Shown here: positions 24,674-37,674 of the stretch, in pieces
Layout of the letters: each line of letters starts with the position of its first letter
Numbering within the stretch: the first letter of the stretch is position 1
Source of the DNA: Squalus acanthias
Taxonomy: Eukaryota
Length of the DNA: 64,000 nt
Direction: 5' to 3'
Assembly: GCA_030390025.1 (NCBI GenBank)
Contig: CM059431.1
Coordinates: forward strand, 129,086,001-129,150,000
Made by a program: the position numbers and the translations under genes
The notes under the pieces: model-generated
The model's database searches: none
The model's input: the letters and a program-made list of their open reading frames with translations, nothing else
Told to the model about the DNA's origin: nothing

Positions 24674-26339
24674 TGTAAGGGGTCTGTGTCATGCTTGTAT
24701 CGCAAACGGTGCTAGTGTGGGGTTAGGCCTTCGTTGCCTAATACTATTGCTTGCTCTGGTCTCCGGCCAGCCTTGTTGCAATAAGCACCTGTGAGTGGTT
24801 CGACCCACTCGCCCTTACGGTTCTAACACTGGACTTAGGTGCGAGAGCAGTAATGCAGAGAAAAACTCAAATAGACCCTGTTGAATAGTACGAAATGGAA
24901 ATCTTTATTGCATAGCAGCCAAAATCATGAAGTACATGTCATAGGCGCAAATTAACGAGAGTACAAGTATACATACATTCATAAAGCTTGGTCTATGGTA
25001 ATGAAGAACGCACGGCACATCGTAAAAAGGGGAACACATTATATTTTATCCTTAATAAAACCACCCTCCCTTATCAATACCTACACTACATCTAGATTTG
25101 TAGGATCGGGAAACATGCTCACCACTCGTGATACTTCGGAGAATTTTAAAGTGAGGCACTCGGCTCGTTTCGCTGCAGCGCCTGACTGTCACGTGTTTGG
25201 AGGGGTCTCTGTACCCCACTTGTTTATCTTCGCTGCTGCTGCAAGCAGGCTGGGCTCCCCATTGTCATGAAGAACTCGACAGAACTCGGACACGGTTCGA
25301 AGAAGAGTCTTCCTGTGTCCGACACCGGTTGCCGGTAGAATTCGAAAAAGAGTCTTTGGCCAGTTCGTGCAGTAACCTGTAGAGTTCCAGAAATGGGACG
25401 TATATTTTCGGGCGCGGTCGGGGTTTACTGACCGCGGCGGCACGTGGATTCTTCTCCTCTTCTTCTCGTCCCGTCTCGTCTCTTCGGGCCTTCGGGTCCA
25501 GACACCGTTTACCGACCCTCGGGATGGTGCACCCGGTCACCGGCCTTCGTCGAGGCAGCTCGTTCCGTTTGAGCTCCACCCAACATTCGAATAACCGTCC
25601 AGTGCGGCTAAAAGTCCAGAGTCAACAGTCCAGAGAAACAAGAGCACGAATCAAGCGAATAAGAGTCGAATCAAGAGCATCAGCCGAGATAAGAGAATAA
25701 GAGCCGATTCGAGCGAATAAGAGACCGATGGACATTTGTTGTCTGTAGTTATCGTGCTGTGTTCCCTTATCTCCCGCCCAAATCTTAATGTTTGTCCTTT
25801 GTGAAATATTGGCGCTCAAAACTCCCAGCATGGGGTGATTCTTGTCTTTAACGGGTTTCGGTAGCACCTGAGACTGGCCAACTACCCATTAATGTTTTCC
25901 CCATTGTTGAACCGGCTCGGAGCCTCCCTGGCTGGGTTTTGGGGGTCCCCGAATACTTGTTTAATCACCCGAGAATGGCTCTCTCATTGTAGAGCCGTGG
26001 GGGTATTTGCGTAATGATGTGTCTGGATGGGCCTTCGATTGCCCAGTAAAATGGTCCTTACTTGTGCATGGAAAATGATTCCAGCACTCATATCTTTTGC
26101 TATTGTCACAAATGCAAACAGGTTGCATCCTGTCTTTATCAGTGCTTATCGAAAATGTTTATTCGAACGCCATCTTGTCTGCCCACTGTACTTCTGGAAA
26201 CTTCTGCCACGATGCGCGGTGACCATTTTACAGGCTTCTGTGTCCTTTATATCATGACAGCATTTCGTTTAAATAAACTGATCAAACGAATCTGCTTCTA
26301 TCTTGTTATTTCGAATCGCGATAATTGCGAAACTTTACA
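24674..26339 (-). repeat. 5' LTR (1666 bp)
   Basis: Direct repeat of 14213-15878; followed on the minus strand by PBS and gag. Confidence 0.95.
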
Positions 26340-26769
26340 AGCTTGAACACTCACAAGATCAGTAGAGCTGCAAAATGTGTCCCAAAACCTCAAAGCACTA
26401 AGTTGTGGCATCTGAAACTCAGAGATGGTGCGGGACCACTTTTAAGCTGCTGAAGCAGCTGCCAACAATTCAGGTCCTCACTAAACCCGGCTCAATGCAG
26501 CTGGCGTGTTTGTTCGACGACGGGGAACACGCAGAAAAAGCTACAAAATCGCAACAGGCAGTTAAAATAAGATTATCCAGGCAGTTAACAAGCTGTTATC
26601 TGCCTTAAGTGCCTCTCCCACCGTTTGGTGTTGGGTCAGATCGGGACTCGCTGACCCGACACTTGTCAAAGTAGCATGGAGGTGGGATGGTGGCGAATTC
26701 GCAATCCGCCGTCAATCATTTAGATTTTCGCTACCGACCCGCCCTCTAAGCGCCGGCAAATTCGCAGCC

Positions 26770-28935
26770 TAAGATTCTAGATTTAGGTTAGGCCAACTTC
26801 AACGGGATGAGGCCGAGAATGTCCACAGTAAACTGGGCAAATCTGTTAATGGGTAAAATGACAGAACATCAGTGGGAGATGTTTAAAAAAGAATTTAATG
26901 TGATACAGAACCAGGTCATACCCCTGAGGGGCAAAAGCTCTACTTGCCAAAAAAAAGCCATGGACAACTAAAGAGGCAAAGGACAACATAAAACTAAAGG
27001 AAAGGGCATACAAAATTGCAAAAAATAGCACAAATCCTGGTGTATGGGAAAGATACAAAGAACAGCAAAGAGCTACAAAAAGGGAGTATGAAAAGAAACT
27101 TGCAAGGGATAGAAAAATCAATACGAAGAATTTTTAGTTACATTTGGAAAAGGATGGTGGTCAGGAGCGATGTTGGCCCCTTAAATACTGAAAGTGGTGA
27201 TATTGTCAATGACAATGCGGAAATGGTGGACATGTTGAATAATTACTTTGTGTCAGTATTTACAGTAGAAGAAGAGGATAGCATGCCGGAAATCCCAAAG
27301 AAACGGGATTTTATTGAGTCGGGGACAGGGACTCAATAAAATTAACGTAAGTAAATTAACAGTAATGAAGAAAATAACGGCATTAAAGAGTAACAAATCC
27401 CCAGGACCAGATGGTTTTCATCCCAGGGATTTAAAGGAAGTAGTTGAGCACATTACAGATGCCCTAACTATAATCTTCCAAAGTTCTCTAGATTCAGGAA
27501 CTGTCCTTTTAGATTGGAAAATTGCGCATGTCACTCCGCTATTTAAGAATGGCGAAAGAGGGAAACCAGGGAATTATAGACCAGTTAGCCTTACATCTGT
27601 TGTGGGGAAATTGCTAGATTCTCTAATTAAGGATAGGGTGACTGAACAACTTGAAAATGTCAATTGATCAGAGAGAGCCAGAATGGATTTGTGAAAGGTA
27701 GGTCATGCCTGACAAACCTGATTGAATTTTTTGAAGAGGTGTCTTAAGTAGTGGACAGGGGAATGTCTATGGATGTTATTTATATGGACTTCCAGAGGCA
27801 TTTGATAAAGTTCCACATAACAGACTGTTATCTAAGGTAGAAGCCCATGGAATTGAGGTCAAATTATTGACCTGGTTAGGAAAATGGCTGAGTGGCAGGA
27901 GACAGAGAGTAGGGATAATGGGCAGATACTCAAATTGGCAGGATGTGACTAGTGGTGTCCCACAGGGATCTGTGTTGGGGTCTCAACTATTAACGATATT
28001 TATTAATTCCTTAGATGATGGCATAGAAAGTCATATATCCAAATTTGCCGATGACACAAAGATAGGCGGCATTGTAGGCAGTGTAGATGAAAGCATAAAA
28101 TTACAAAGTGATATTGATAGATTAAGTGAATGGGCAAAACTGTGGCAAATGTATTTCAATGTAAGCGAATGTGAGGTCATTCACTTTGGACCTAAAAAGG
28201 ATAGAACAGGGTACCTTCTAAATGGTGAAAAGCTAAACACAGTGGAGATCCAAAGAGACTTGGGGGTCCAGGTACATAGATCATTAAAATGTCATGAACA
28301 GGTACAGAAAATAATCAAAAAGGCTAATGGAATGCTAGCCTTTATATCTAGAGGACTAGAGTACAAGGGGGTAGAAGTTATGCTGCAGCTGTACAAAACC
28401 CTGGTTAGACCACACCTGGAGTACTGTGAGCAGTTCTGGGCACCACACCTCAGGAAGGATATATTAGCCTTGGAGGGAGTGCAGCGTAGGTTTACCAGAA
28501 TGATACCCGAACTTCAAGGGTTAAATTATGAGGAGAGATTACACAAATTAGGGTTGTATTCCCTAGAATTTAGAAGGTTAAGGAGTAATCTGATTGAAGT
28601 TTTCAGGATATTAAGGGGAACAGAGAGAGAAACTATTTCCGCTGGTTGGGGATTCTCGGACGAGGTGGCATAGTCTAAAAATTAGAGCCAGACCTTTCAG
28701 GAGTGAAATTAGGAAATATTTCTACACACAAAAGGTGGTAGAAGTTTGGAACTCTCTTCCACAAATGGCAATTGATGCCAGATCAATTGTTAATTTTAAA
28801 TCGGAGATTGATAGCTTTTTGTTAACCAAAGGGGTTAACCATTAAGGGGTATGAGCCGAAGACAGGTCCGTGGAGTTAGGTCACAGATCAGCCATGATCT
28901 CATTGAATGGCGGAACAGGCTCGAGGGGCTGAATC
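26770..28935 (+). mobile_element. CR1 LINE 3' part (RT), degraded
   Basis: [41 protein letters not shown]; 3' UTR gatcagccatgatctcattgaatggcggaacaggctcgagggg. Confidence 0.9.
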
Positions 28936-30257
28936 ATCATCATTTTCCTGTTAACGTCATCATAGTTCCCACGATCCTGCCATGATGCATTAATTCTGTC
29001 TCAATTGTCTTCTCCTCAGGCAGTTTGAAACAGACAACATCTTGCTAAACTAGCTAATAATGAGAAAGTATCTGAACTCCCCTCATGTTATCATGTAATC
29101 CATGGATAGTTTTATGGTAAATTATGGATGTACAATCTTGTGGCCAATTGCAAATTATTTTTCAGTAACGTGCTGTTACATATCAATAACATGAGACATA
29201 CTTATAGATGGGAATGCGACTGATAGTCATTATTGGTACACTTACTAAAACAGAGTAAAAATGCACATAAATCTGCAACAGTATAAATTGGAGGCATTTC
29301 AAGGATTCATTCTTGGTCTATGACATTATATGGATTCCTAAATTGAATTATTAACTTGCCTTTTACTGAAGTTCAAGTTAGACCCAACATATGTGCACAT
29401 AACCAATAGTTCGTGAACTGTCTGCTTTGGAATCAGGCACCCACATTAAACAGCATGTTAATATATAGTAAATATGATATGTCATTCCACATCTAACAGG
29501 ACCACTACAGTTATCTAGGGACAGAAGATCATTGCAAGGCAGCAACATTTTCTCCACTTTGATTCTAGGTTGCATAGCCTGCATTTTCCATGGGAGAGCA
29601 ATGCTTGCCAGAAGTGTAACCAGACTTCTGCCTGCTGGCCAACAGACCGACTGCTAACCCCACCCTAACTTCTAGGTGCGGAGATGCCGGTATTGGACTG
29701 GGGTGGACAAAAATGAGAAGTCGCACAATACCAGGTTATAGTCCAAGGGGTAAAAATTCAGTTGGTTGCGCCTCCCGTTAGCGCCTTAAGAGGGCGCTAA
29801 TGGGGCGCAAAGCCGCTAACGCCCGGGCGCAGCGATGTTTGCGCCGCTCGAGAACTTAACTTGAGATTGTGCAGCGGCGCTAAAACTTACCGCTGCGACC
29901 ACCTGCGCGCGCAGATTATGACGTCATTCCATGGTGCAACGCCCTTGGGGCGCCCCGGAGCGGAAATTGAGTGGCGCCCCCTGCCTTACCGCCTGGCGCT
30001 TCCAACGACCGGAAGACTGGAACGCTATCAATCGGTGTGGGGCTGGGGGGGGCGCTATTTAAAGGGGGCCTCTTCCTGTCTTTTTCTGTGGTCGACATTT
30101 ATGCACCACTCGTTCTGAGAGAGAGAGAGAGATTCGGAGAGAGAGAGAGAGAGACTTCTACATTGACTCAACGCTTTGTGAGGTAGTTTTGCCTATTCAT
30201 CCTAACTTTGTTGCTACTTTAGTTGCTGTACCTCATTACTTTTCTGGCAAAGAGAAT

Positions 30258-31288
30258 ATGGGGGCTGCAATGATTGGGGGTGTCGTCCTGCTCCAGCTGA
30301 ATCGGAGGATACAGAGACGCAGACAGAGAGTGGCAATGATGGCCAGACGGAGGAGGGCCATCAGGCGCATGTACAGGAGAGCTTACCCTCCCAGGGTATA
30401 TCGTGAACAGCTCTCCTACATCCATATGTCCGAGGAGCTGTGTTTGCGAAGGCTGCGATTCAGCAAGGAGGTGGTCACTGAGCTCTGCCACCTGCTGCAG
30501 CCAGATCTGCAGCCTCAGCTGAGGTCCAGGACATCTCTGTCGGTGGCAGTGAAGGTCACAGTGGCTTTGAACTTCTACGTCACTGGCTCATTCCAAGCTG
30601 CTGTTGGGGACCTCGCCAATATCTCCCAGTTTGCGGTGCATCACTGCATCCGGCAGGTCACCAATGCCCTCTTCAGAAGGAGATGAGACTTCATCTCTTT
30701 CCCTATGACCCCAGACAAGCAGCGTGACCGTGCTCTGGGCTTTGCGAGGGTAGCGGGCTTCCCCATGGTGCAGGGCGCCATTGACTGCACGCATGTGGCT
30801 TTGCGTGCTCCGCGAGAGAATGCAGAGGAATTCAGGAACAGAAAGGGGTTCCATTCCTTGAATGTGCAGTTGGTCTGTGACCACAGACAGGTGATACTCG
30901 CTGTCAATGCCCACTATCCGGGCAGCTGCCACGATGCTTTCATCCTGCGCCAGACTACTGTGGCAGAAGTTTTCCAGGCACCGCATCAGCCAGTTGGTTG
31001 GCTTCTCGGGGACAAGGGGTACGCATTGAGCACCTGGCTGATGACACCGCTCCGTACGCCAAACACCCCTGCTGAGCTGCGGTACAATGAAAGCCATCAA
31101 GCAACCAGGAACATTATTGAGCGCACAATCGGCGTGCTGAAACAACGGTTCCGCTGTCTGGACCATTCCGGAGGAGCCCTGCAGTACTCGCCTGAGCAAG
31201 TTTCGAACTTCGTAGTCGTGTGCTGCATGTTGCACAACATGGCAATCCTCAGGACCCAGCCAATGCCACCAGGCCTTGTAGCACCACC

Positions 31289-31319
<31 letters not shown>

Positions 31320-31427
31320 GAAGAGGACGAGGACGATGATCATCAGCAGCACCAAGGCGGGAGGGCGGCGCACAATGGTCAAACTGCAAGGGCCGTCCGT
31401 CAACGGCTAATAGCAAGCCGCTTCTAG
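30258..31427 (+). pseudogene. Harbinger DDE transposase with a single in-frame TGA (30684-30686)
   Basis: ORFs 30189-30686 and 30705-31427 share a frame; GAIDCTHV, YPGSCHDAFIL, LLGDKGY, IIERTIGVLKQRFRCL, CCMLHN. Confidence 0.92.
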
Positions 31428-31721
31428 GGCCCCTGCCATTGCTACAAACACTAATCAACCCAGCACGCAACCTCTAAGCCGGCCAAGGCACCAATAATTC
31501 CAATCACCAGCCATGTATATTTTGAATACAGAAACTTATTTATTTTACAAACTCTGTGTGTGTCAATTCCTCATGACAAACTCATAGAAATAAACACAAA
31601 AAAACAGTCAATAACATAACTGGTTCTCACAACCTGGAGATAATGTCCAAAACACTAAACAAAAGTTGGACCATGAACCTCGGCCTTTAATAAAAAAATG
31701 ACCAGCATTTTGTCACACCTC

Positions 31722-33600
31722 CTACTTTTTGCCCTTCGAGGGTGATCTCCTTCCCTTGCGCACTTCCCCCCTTCTAACCCTACTGCTCCTCCGTAATGGG
31801 ACCTCAGTGGCTGCAGCAAGGCTGGTGGAAGGCTGCTGCTCGTCAGACCCTGACACTGCAGATGCCCCTGAAGGACGGCCTCGACCACTTCTGGGCCTGG
31901 AGGGCCCGGCTGCAGACTGCACCAACTCTGCATGGGCGGCAGCAGTCTGTCCTACAGGCGGTGGCAAGTGCAGTGGAGAAGTGACAGTGTTGGCAGCAGG
32001 AATGCTGTCATCATGAGAGAGGCCAGCAACTCCCTGCTCGCCCGACACACTGGCACTCCCATGGGGCAGCACTTCAGCATCCGGAGCAATCTGCCGGAGA
32101 ACAGATTGCTGGCCTGCTGCGGCGCGGTGACAGCCCCGGGGACATGTGCACGAACCATCGAGGTTGGCAGCAGTCTGTGCTCGCGTGGCCTCCATCTGAG
32201 TCTGTATGAGAGCAGTCAGAGGTGGGATCACGGCAGCCAGTGACTGAATTGCAGCACTAAGCGTTAGTGTGGCATCCGCCTGTGCTACAGCGAAGTGCTC
32301 CACACTCCTTGCCAGTGACTCAATGCATTCGGGCACCCTTCCCACTGCACCCATGAGCTCAGTGTGCATGCCCACCGCCTGGGTGTTCATTTCTGCAATC
32401 AGCCGCTCCTCCTCTGCGTCCATTGCAGTAGGAGTGTCTGGCATACTCTCCCTCTGGGGAGAAGGCCCCCGTTCTTCCCTACCCCCCCCCCATGGCGTTG
32501 CTGCAGCCCGCTGGGTCCTGGAGCTTCACCATCATCAGCCCCTTCCCACCTGCTCCCCTCCGGGGAAGGCGTGTTCCCAGTGTGGGCATGGGCTTCCTCG
32601 GGAGAGGGTGGCACTGATGCTCTGGCTTCCTCTTCCTCCTCAGCTGCAGCATCACTCCCAGTGGCAGCTTCAGGGCCCGTCTCCTCAGCTGGTGAATCAC
32701 CATCTGAAAGCAGGGAGGTACAAGAGTGGCTTTAGCGTGAGGACAGGGTGGCAGTAAGGGAGGAATAAGTGCAGCGAGTTAGCAAGTTGGATTGAAAGTG
32801 TCAAAGGCTGGTGTTGTGAGGGACAAGTGGAAGGACAGAGGACAAAAAGGTGATGACCTTACCATTGCTGTCCACAACGGGGTCGGCGTCTCCAGTGGCG
32901 ACGGGACCGATCACCCGGCTTGCCACAATCCTGTGGACGCGCTCCTCCAGATCGCTGAGGGGTTGCAGCTGAAGCCGCCCTCCACCTGTCCGTTGCTGCT
33001 GTCTCCTATTATGAGCCAGCTTAGCCTGCAAGTAAAAGGACAGCATCTGAGTAAATATACAGCCATGGTCTTGCCTGATGTGCCTCCCATAGGTGAATAG
33101 CCCTTACTGTATGCAGCCATGGTCTTGCCTGATGTGCCTCCCATATGTGAATAGCCCTTACAATATACAGCCATGGTCTTGCCTGATGTGCCTCCCATAG
33201 GTGAATAGCCCTTACTGTATGCAAAGTGTGGAATGTGTGTCTGTGTTTGATGAAAGGGCCATAGGTGTTGGATGAGTGTTGTGCATTGGGGTTTTAAGAC
33301 CCTCTGGCCATAGAGTGAGGTTGAGATGGAGGGATGGAGAGGTATTGAGAAAAAGCCACTCACCCTGACGACCCGAGTGAGGTCGTTGAACTTTTTGCGG
33401 CATTGAGTATGGGTCCTGGGCACCATGCTCCTGGAGGAGACGCTTTGAGCCACCTCCCTCCACACTCTTCTGAACTCGCGTGGCAAAGGCCTCCTGCCAC
33501 TCTCAGGGAAGAGCATACATCGTCTGCGCTCCACTGCGCCAACCAGAGCATCCAAGGCCCGCTCGGTGAAGCGATGAGCGCGTTCTCTCACCCTCTCCAT
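31722..33600 (-). pseudogene. Harbinger Myb/SANT-like gene, exons 33600-33364, 33025-32863, 32703-31722; frameshift at the G-run ~32482-32491
   Basis: RERAHRFTERALDALV...VWREVAQSVSSRSMVPRTHTQCRKKFNDL; AKLAHNRRQQQRTGGG; GT-AG introns phase 0 and 1, as in the 10692 gene. Confidence 0.85.
33056..33222. repeat. 3 x 54-bp tandem repeat in Myb intron 1
   Basis: agccatggtcttgcctgatgtgcctcccat... recurs at 33061, 33115, 33169. Confidence 0.9.
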
Positions 33601-36600
33601 GCTTGGCAGCAAAATGGATTCACAGGTCTCTCCAGGCTGAGATTCAAGGCTGCAATGAGCAGGGTGTGGCTGGGGAGCAAGTGGCCCCCCCCGCTTTAAG
33701 AAGTGTCCGGCGCCAGTGTGTCTGTGTTCCCTCGCTAACTGGCAGTAGCTGCGCTGCGCTCGCGCGCTGAGTTAGCGCCTCACTCCTTGGCCTTTGTGCC
33801 TTAAGACAGGTGTGCAGCGCCTGCTTTAGCGCTCCACTCACCTCCCGGGGCGGTAAAATTGAAGTTTCCTGTCAGTGCCGATAATTAGCGCCAGGCGCTA
33901 ATATTTGCGTCCAGACGTTATTTGCGCCCCAAATGGGGCGCGACCTAATTTCTACCCCCAACAGTTTTATTTGAAATTACGAGCTTTCGGAGCTCTGTTC
34001 CTTCGTCAGGTGCAGTGAGGGAATACGAATCAGTTACAAAGTATATATAGACAGAGAACAATGTTTAACTTCTAGGGTCAGTGTAATTTGCATAATTATG
34101 GCAAGCTCCAGTCATCAGATATGCCTGTCATTGTGAGCTGGATTTGTTAGTTCCAGGAAATACCTGCTGCTTCAAGACTTAAAGGTTTGCAGTAACTTAA
34201 CATTTTACAATTCTCTTCATCTAAAGGATAACAGTGCTCCTCCAGGCTCCACGAGGAAAGTTTAGGCCTCTCCTGCCTCAGGCTCTCCCTTACCCTCCCG
34301 AAACCAGTTCCCCACAACTTACCTTGTTGTAGGCAATCGTTTTCTTGGTTCTGGCCAGTGGCCTCCTGCTGCCCGAAATTCCGCTCACGTTTTTAATTGT
34401 GCACTGTGGTAAATATAGTCGACATTAAGTTCCACGGGCGTTCGCCTGCTCGTCAGCCGTACCTTCGGGAGAAGATCTGGGGGAAACACAGAGAAAATGT
34501 GCAACCGCCTAATGCTGTTTCTGCAGAATGTCTGCAGATTCTTCAGCAAAATGACAGCAAATGATCAGGAGAACCTCCCCCACAAATTCAACCCTAGTAT
34601 CTTGTGAAACAAAAGACTGAGAAGTTCTACATGGCAAAGGAAATATTAAAATGTAAGAATGTTGTACAAAATAGATGTCTTTATCTGATTAAATTCTTAG
34701 GGTCAGCCGCCCACCACCCCCTCACTCCCACCCGTGCCACACTAGACAGGTGCAGTGCAGCTGAGATGTGCTGCATCTGTGAAGCCTGCAGTCCATGGCC
34801 TGGATGCAGCCTCTGCACAGCCCCAACCCCTGGCACGGCCTTGTGCAAGGAACCAGGGTGGAAACAGGATTTTAGCTGCCGGCCTGGCCTGCTGGGGCCT
34901 TCTGGCTGCTGCTGAAAATCCCGAGACCTGAAAATCCTGCTGGGGAAGTAAAGTATTTACCTACCTGATTGGCACAAACCAGTTTTTTTGGAGTGCTTCT
35001 ACATTTGGGAGCCCCATAAACAAACATGGAGGAAATGAAGACCTGATTTCCCTAGCAGCTCCTAACCTATACCTTCGACAGGTACAGGCTCGGCCTGCCC
35101 ACTGGAGGAAGCCTTGCAACTTCCAAGGAAGCATAGTGGGGGTGGAGAATATACGTAGCCGGTCTCTGCCACCATTTCTTCTCCATAGCGTCTGAAAACA
35201 GCCTTCTCCATGAGCTGTGATGTGGAAAATTAGCCCTCTGATATTGGGCATTGAAACAGAGAATAAAAATAAAAAGCACAACACTAAATTGTTTTAGGGG
35301 ATCCTGAAACTGCCTTATAACAACCCAGAAAATAGAAATCTTCTCCTCTCCTGACAGAAAATAGCTAGTTGTACTGGTCAACACAATGGGAACAATGTCC
35401 AAACCTGTAGTTTCTGGCATCAGTGTTTGGACACACAGAATGCTAAAGATAATGATAGAGAACCTTTACCCTCAATGAGAAATAGTACAGTGCTGCTATG
35501 CAAAGCACATTCTACAATTCACAAAACGTGATGTTATTTCTATTTCATTTAGTATTCATGACATTGGGACTATTCTGTGTCATGTATGCCCTGGGAAATG
35601 CTAAGATTGGTAGCCTGCATTATTTCAAACCTGACAACTGAATTGCATCAGTGTCTAATGCACTGCAGGACTTTGCTTCTTTCCTGATAATTCGAGTAAA
35701 CGTCTTACTGCTCTGTGTAATGGAAAACATATTTGTTAAAGTCATCATTAATAATCTGGATATATATTTGGGCACTAAATTTTCCAAAAGACTGTTTGGT
35801 CCTATCAACATGTGCATATGCTAAAAATAAAATCAATTTTAGCTCTTCACCTCTGGGTACATCAACATTAGATATGGTTAATGAGGCATTATAAACACAA
35901 TGGCAAGAGTTCCATTTGAAACTCACAATTGTTACAAATCAATGAAAGAAGTTAAATTGGTTTCCATACTTTTTCACATAATATTAAGATTATTAAATAG
36001 CTTTTCATTACTCAATACATTTTAACAAAAAACAATGAGAATACAAAACTATTCCTCACATGACTGATTTGGACATAACATATAAATAAGCTGGAAAACT
36101 TCATTACAGAACAAATGTCTTTAACGTTCCATGATTTATTTTGAATCAAGAGAAATGGCACAGCTTGGCCTTGCTGTTATAAACACCTGTCTGTGTCCTC
36201 TATGGATCCGAATGCTGTTGATAGCTGGCTCTGTTACTGTTGCTTGGTAGTTATGTTGAAGCAACATGCAGGATCGGTAGCTCAAGAACAGGTGTTCTTT
36301 TCCATTCTATAAGATGTTGAATATCCCCTGCTGACTAATCTATAATCTATATCTTTACAGCACTGTTCCTCCCCCTTACATGTTCCAACACAGAGAAGCC
36401 AGTGCCAGAATAATTAATATTTCCTCATCAAAATACAAGATTGGGATGAATTACTGCAATGAAGAGTAAAATGCTTAAGACTAGTTTATCTCAGGATCCC
36501 TTTGTCCTTCCCTACCCAAAGGATAAACTTCTAAAAATATTTTGGTGATTGTTCTTTTGTGTTCTCCTGATGAGGAATGCCAGCAATGGGAAATGTTGAA

Positions 36601-37674
36601 CAACCTTCCTGAGCCCCAACCTTAGAAAACCAGCCCCTACTGCATGAGAACCACATTTCCCACATCAGCCATCTTGTGGCCTCTCTGAGGGGTAGAACCT
36701 CCTGTTTAACACATTTAGATGATATTTCTGTGTTTGCCATTTTCACAGAATCAATTGTCCAGTTAAAGTACAATAAATTCCACCACTGAGTAAGATAACC
36801 AATTTAATTCCGTTAGTTTAGGAACAGTTTTGTGCTGTTAGACAATGCCCACTAGGACCTGTGTTAAAAGTGGCCAAACTCCTTACAGAAAGGACTCTTG
36901 CAGACTTTCATCCCATTAGTCTGGACTTGATTTGAAGCCAAATCTAAGAAATGAAAGAACAATATGTTAATCCATTGCACACCCAGCCTCCCAAAACAAC
37001 TTTTTTAAAATGGAACAATGAAAGGTAAACGCATCATAAAAGCTGGGGAGTTGATAGGGGTGAAATTGGTCTTGTTCGTAGCCAAAACATTTGATAGCAA
37101 ATCAACAGCCTGTTTTACACCCCGTCCAATTTTCTTTTCCATTGAAGTCAAATGAATGCTACCTGCATTTGTGTACTCATATTTGGTTAACTATCCCCAC
37201 CCTGCCCATATCTCCTGCAGGGACAGGGATCCAGAAAAGGGGTTCACTGTTGGATTTCACATTCGCTAAAAAAAAAACAATCAAAAACACTTAAAGACTC
37301 ACACACACACACTGAGTTGAGGCGTTGGTGCAATGTTTCCAAGCATGTGCAACTAGAAATCTCCGCCTGCTGCTTTTTTGACCCTCAGTGGTGCCACATG
37401 TAAGATGGAGATGTTTTTGCAGTTTCAACACTCACACAAACTCCATTTGTAGGGGATGCATTAGTGTTTATTGATCAATCTGATTGTTCACCAGAGTTGA
37501 AGCAGAAAACTTTTCAAGTGTACCTAATTCGAAAGTTGGGGTTGTGAAAAAAGAGTACCTGGATATGAATACCAAAAAGGAGATGCCTTTTAACACAAGT
37601 TTTACCAGGCAACAGCCATAGAAATCAATTTGTAAGATTATTGTTGGACATTTAGGATGTGATCAATATTGGAA

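Larger units (their letters stand above)
14213..26339 (-). mobile_element. Endogenous retrovirus-like LTR element with gag, unknown ORF and env but no pol
   Basis: Paired 1666-bp LTRs, TGTAA...TTACA ends, TSD AGCT (14209-14212, 26340-26343), PBS and PPT at expected positions, internal ORFs all on the minus strand. Confidence 0.95.
10423..26769. mobile_element. Two-gene PIF/Harbinger transposon (~4.2 kb own sequence) carrying the 12-kb LTR insertion
   Basis: TIRs GGCCGAGAATTT / AAATTCGCAGCC (10/12); TSD AAA/TAA; convergent Myb-like and transposase genes; CR1 flanks rejoin across it. Confidence 0.88.
29747..33958. mobile_element. Near-intact two-gene PIF/Harbinger transposon (4.2 kb)
   Basis: TIRs GGGGTAAAAATT / AATTTCTACCCC (11/12); TSD CAA (29744-29746, 33959-33961); convergent transposase and Myb genes. 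Confidence 0.93.
29675..34030 (-). mobile_element. Penelope-like 3' end fragment (29675-29746 + 33959-34030), split by a Harbinger; contains a hammerhead motif
   Basis: Reverse complement matches 5990-6120; 33978-34012 (-) reads cac-CTGACGA-aggaacagagctcc-GAAA-gctc-gtaa. Confidence 0.75.

Noticed and set aside
33056..33222. 54-bp repeats as a CRISPR-like array or coding repeat
   Set aside because: Head-to-tail copies without unique spacers, inside a Harbinger intron; eukaryotic context.
35067..35930. Non-repeat-looking ORFs as possible host exons
   Set aside because: No recognisable domain, stops in all extended frames, no convincing splice pair.
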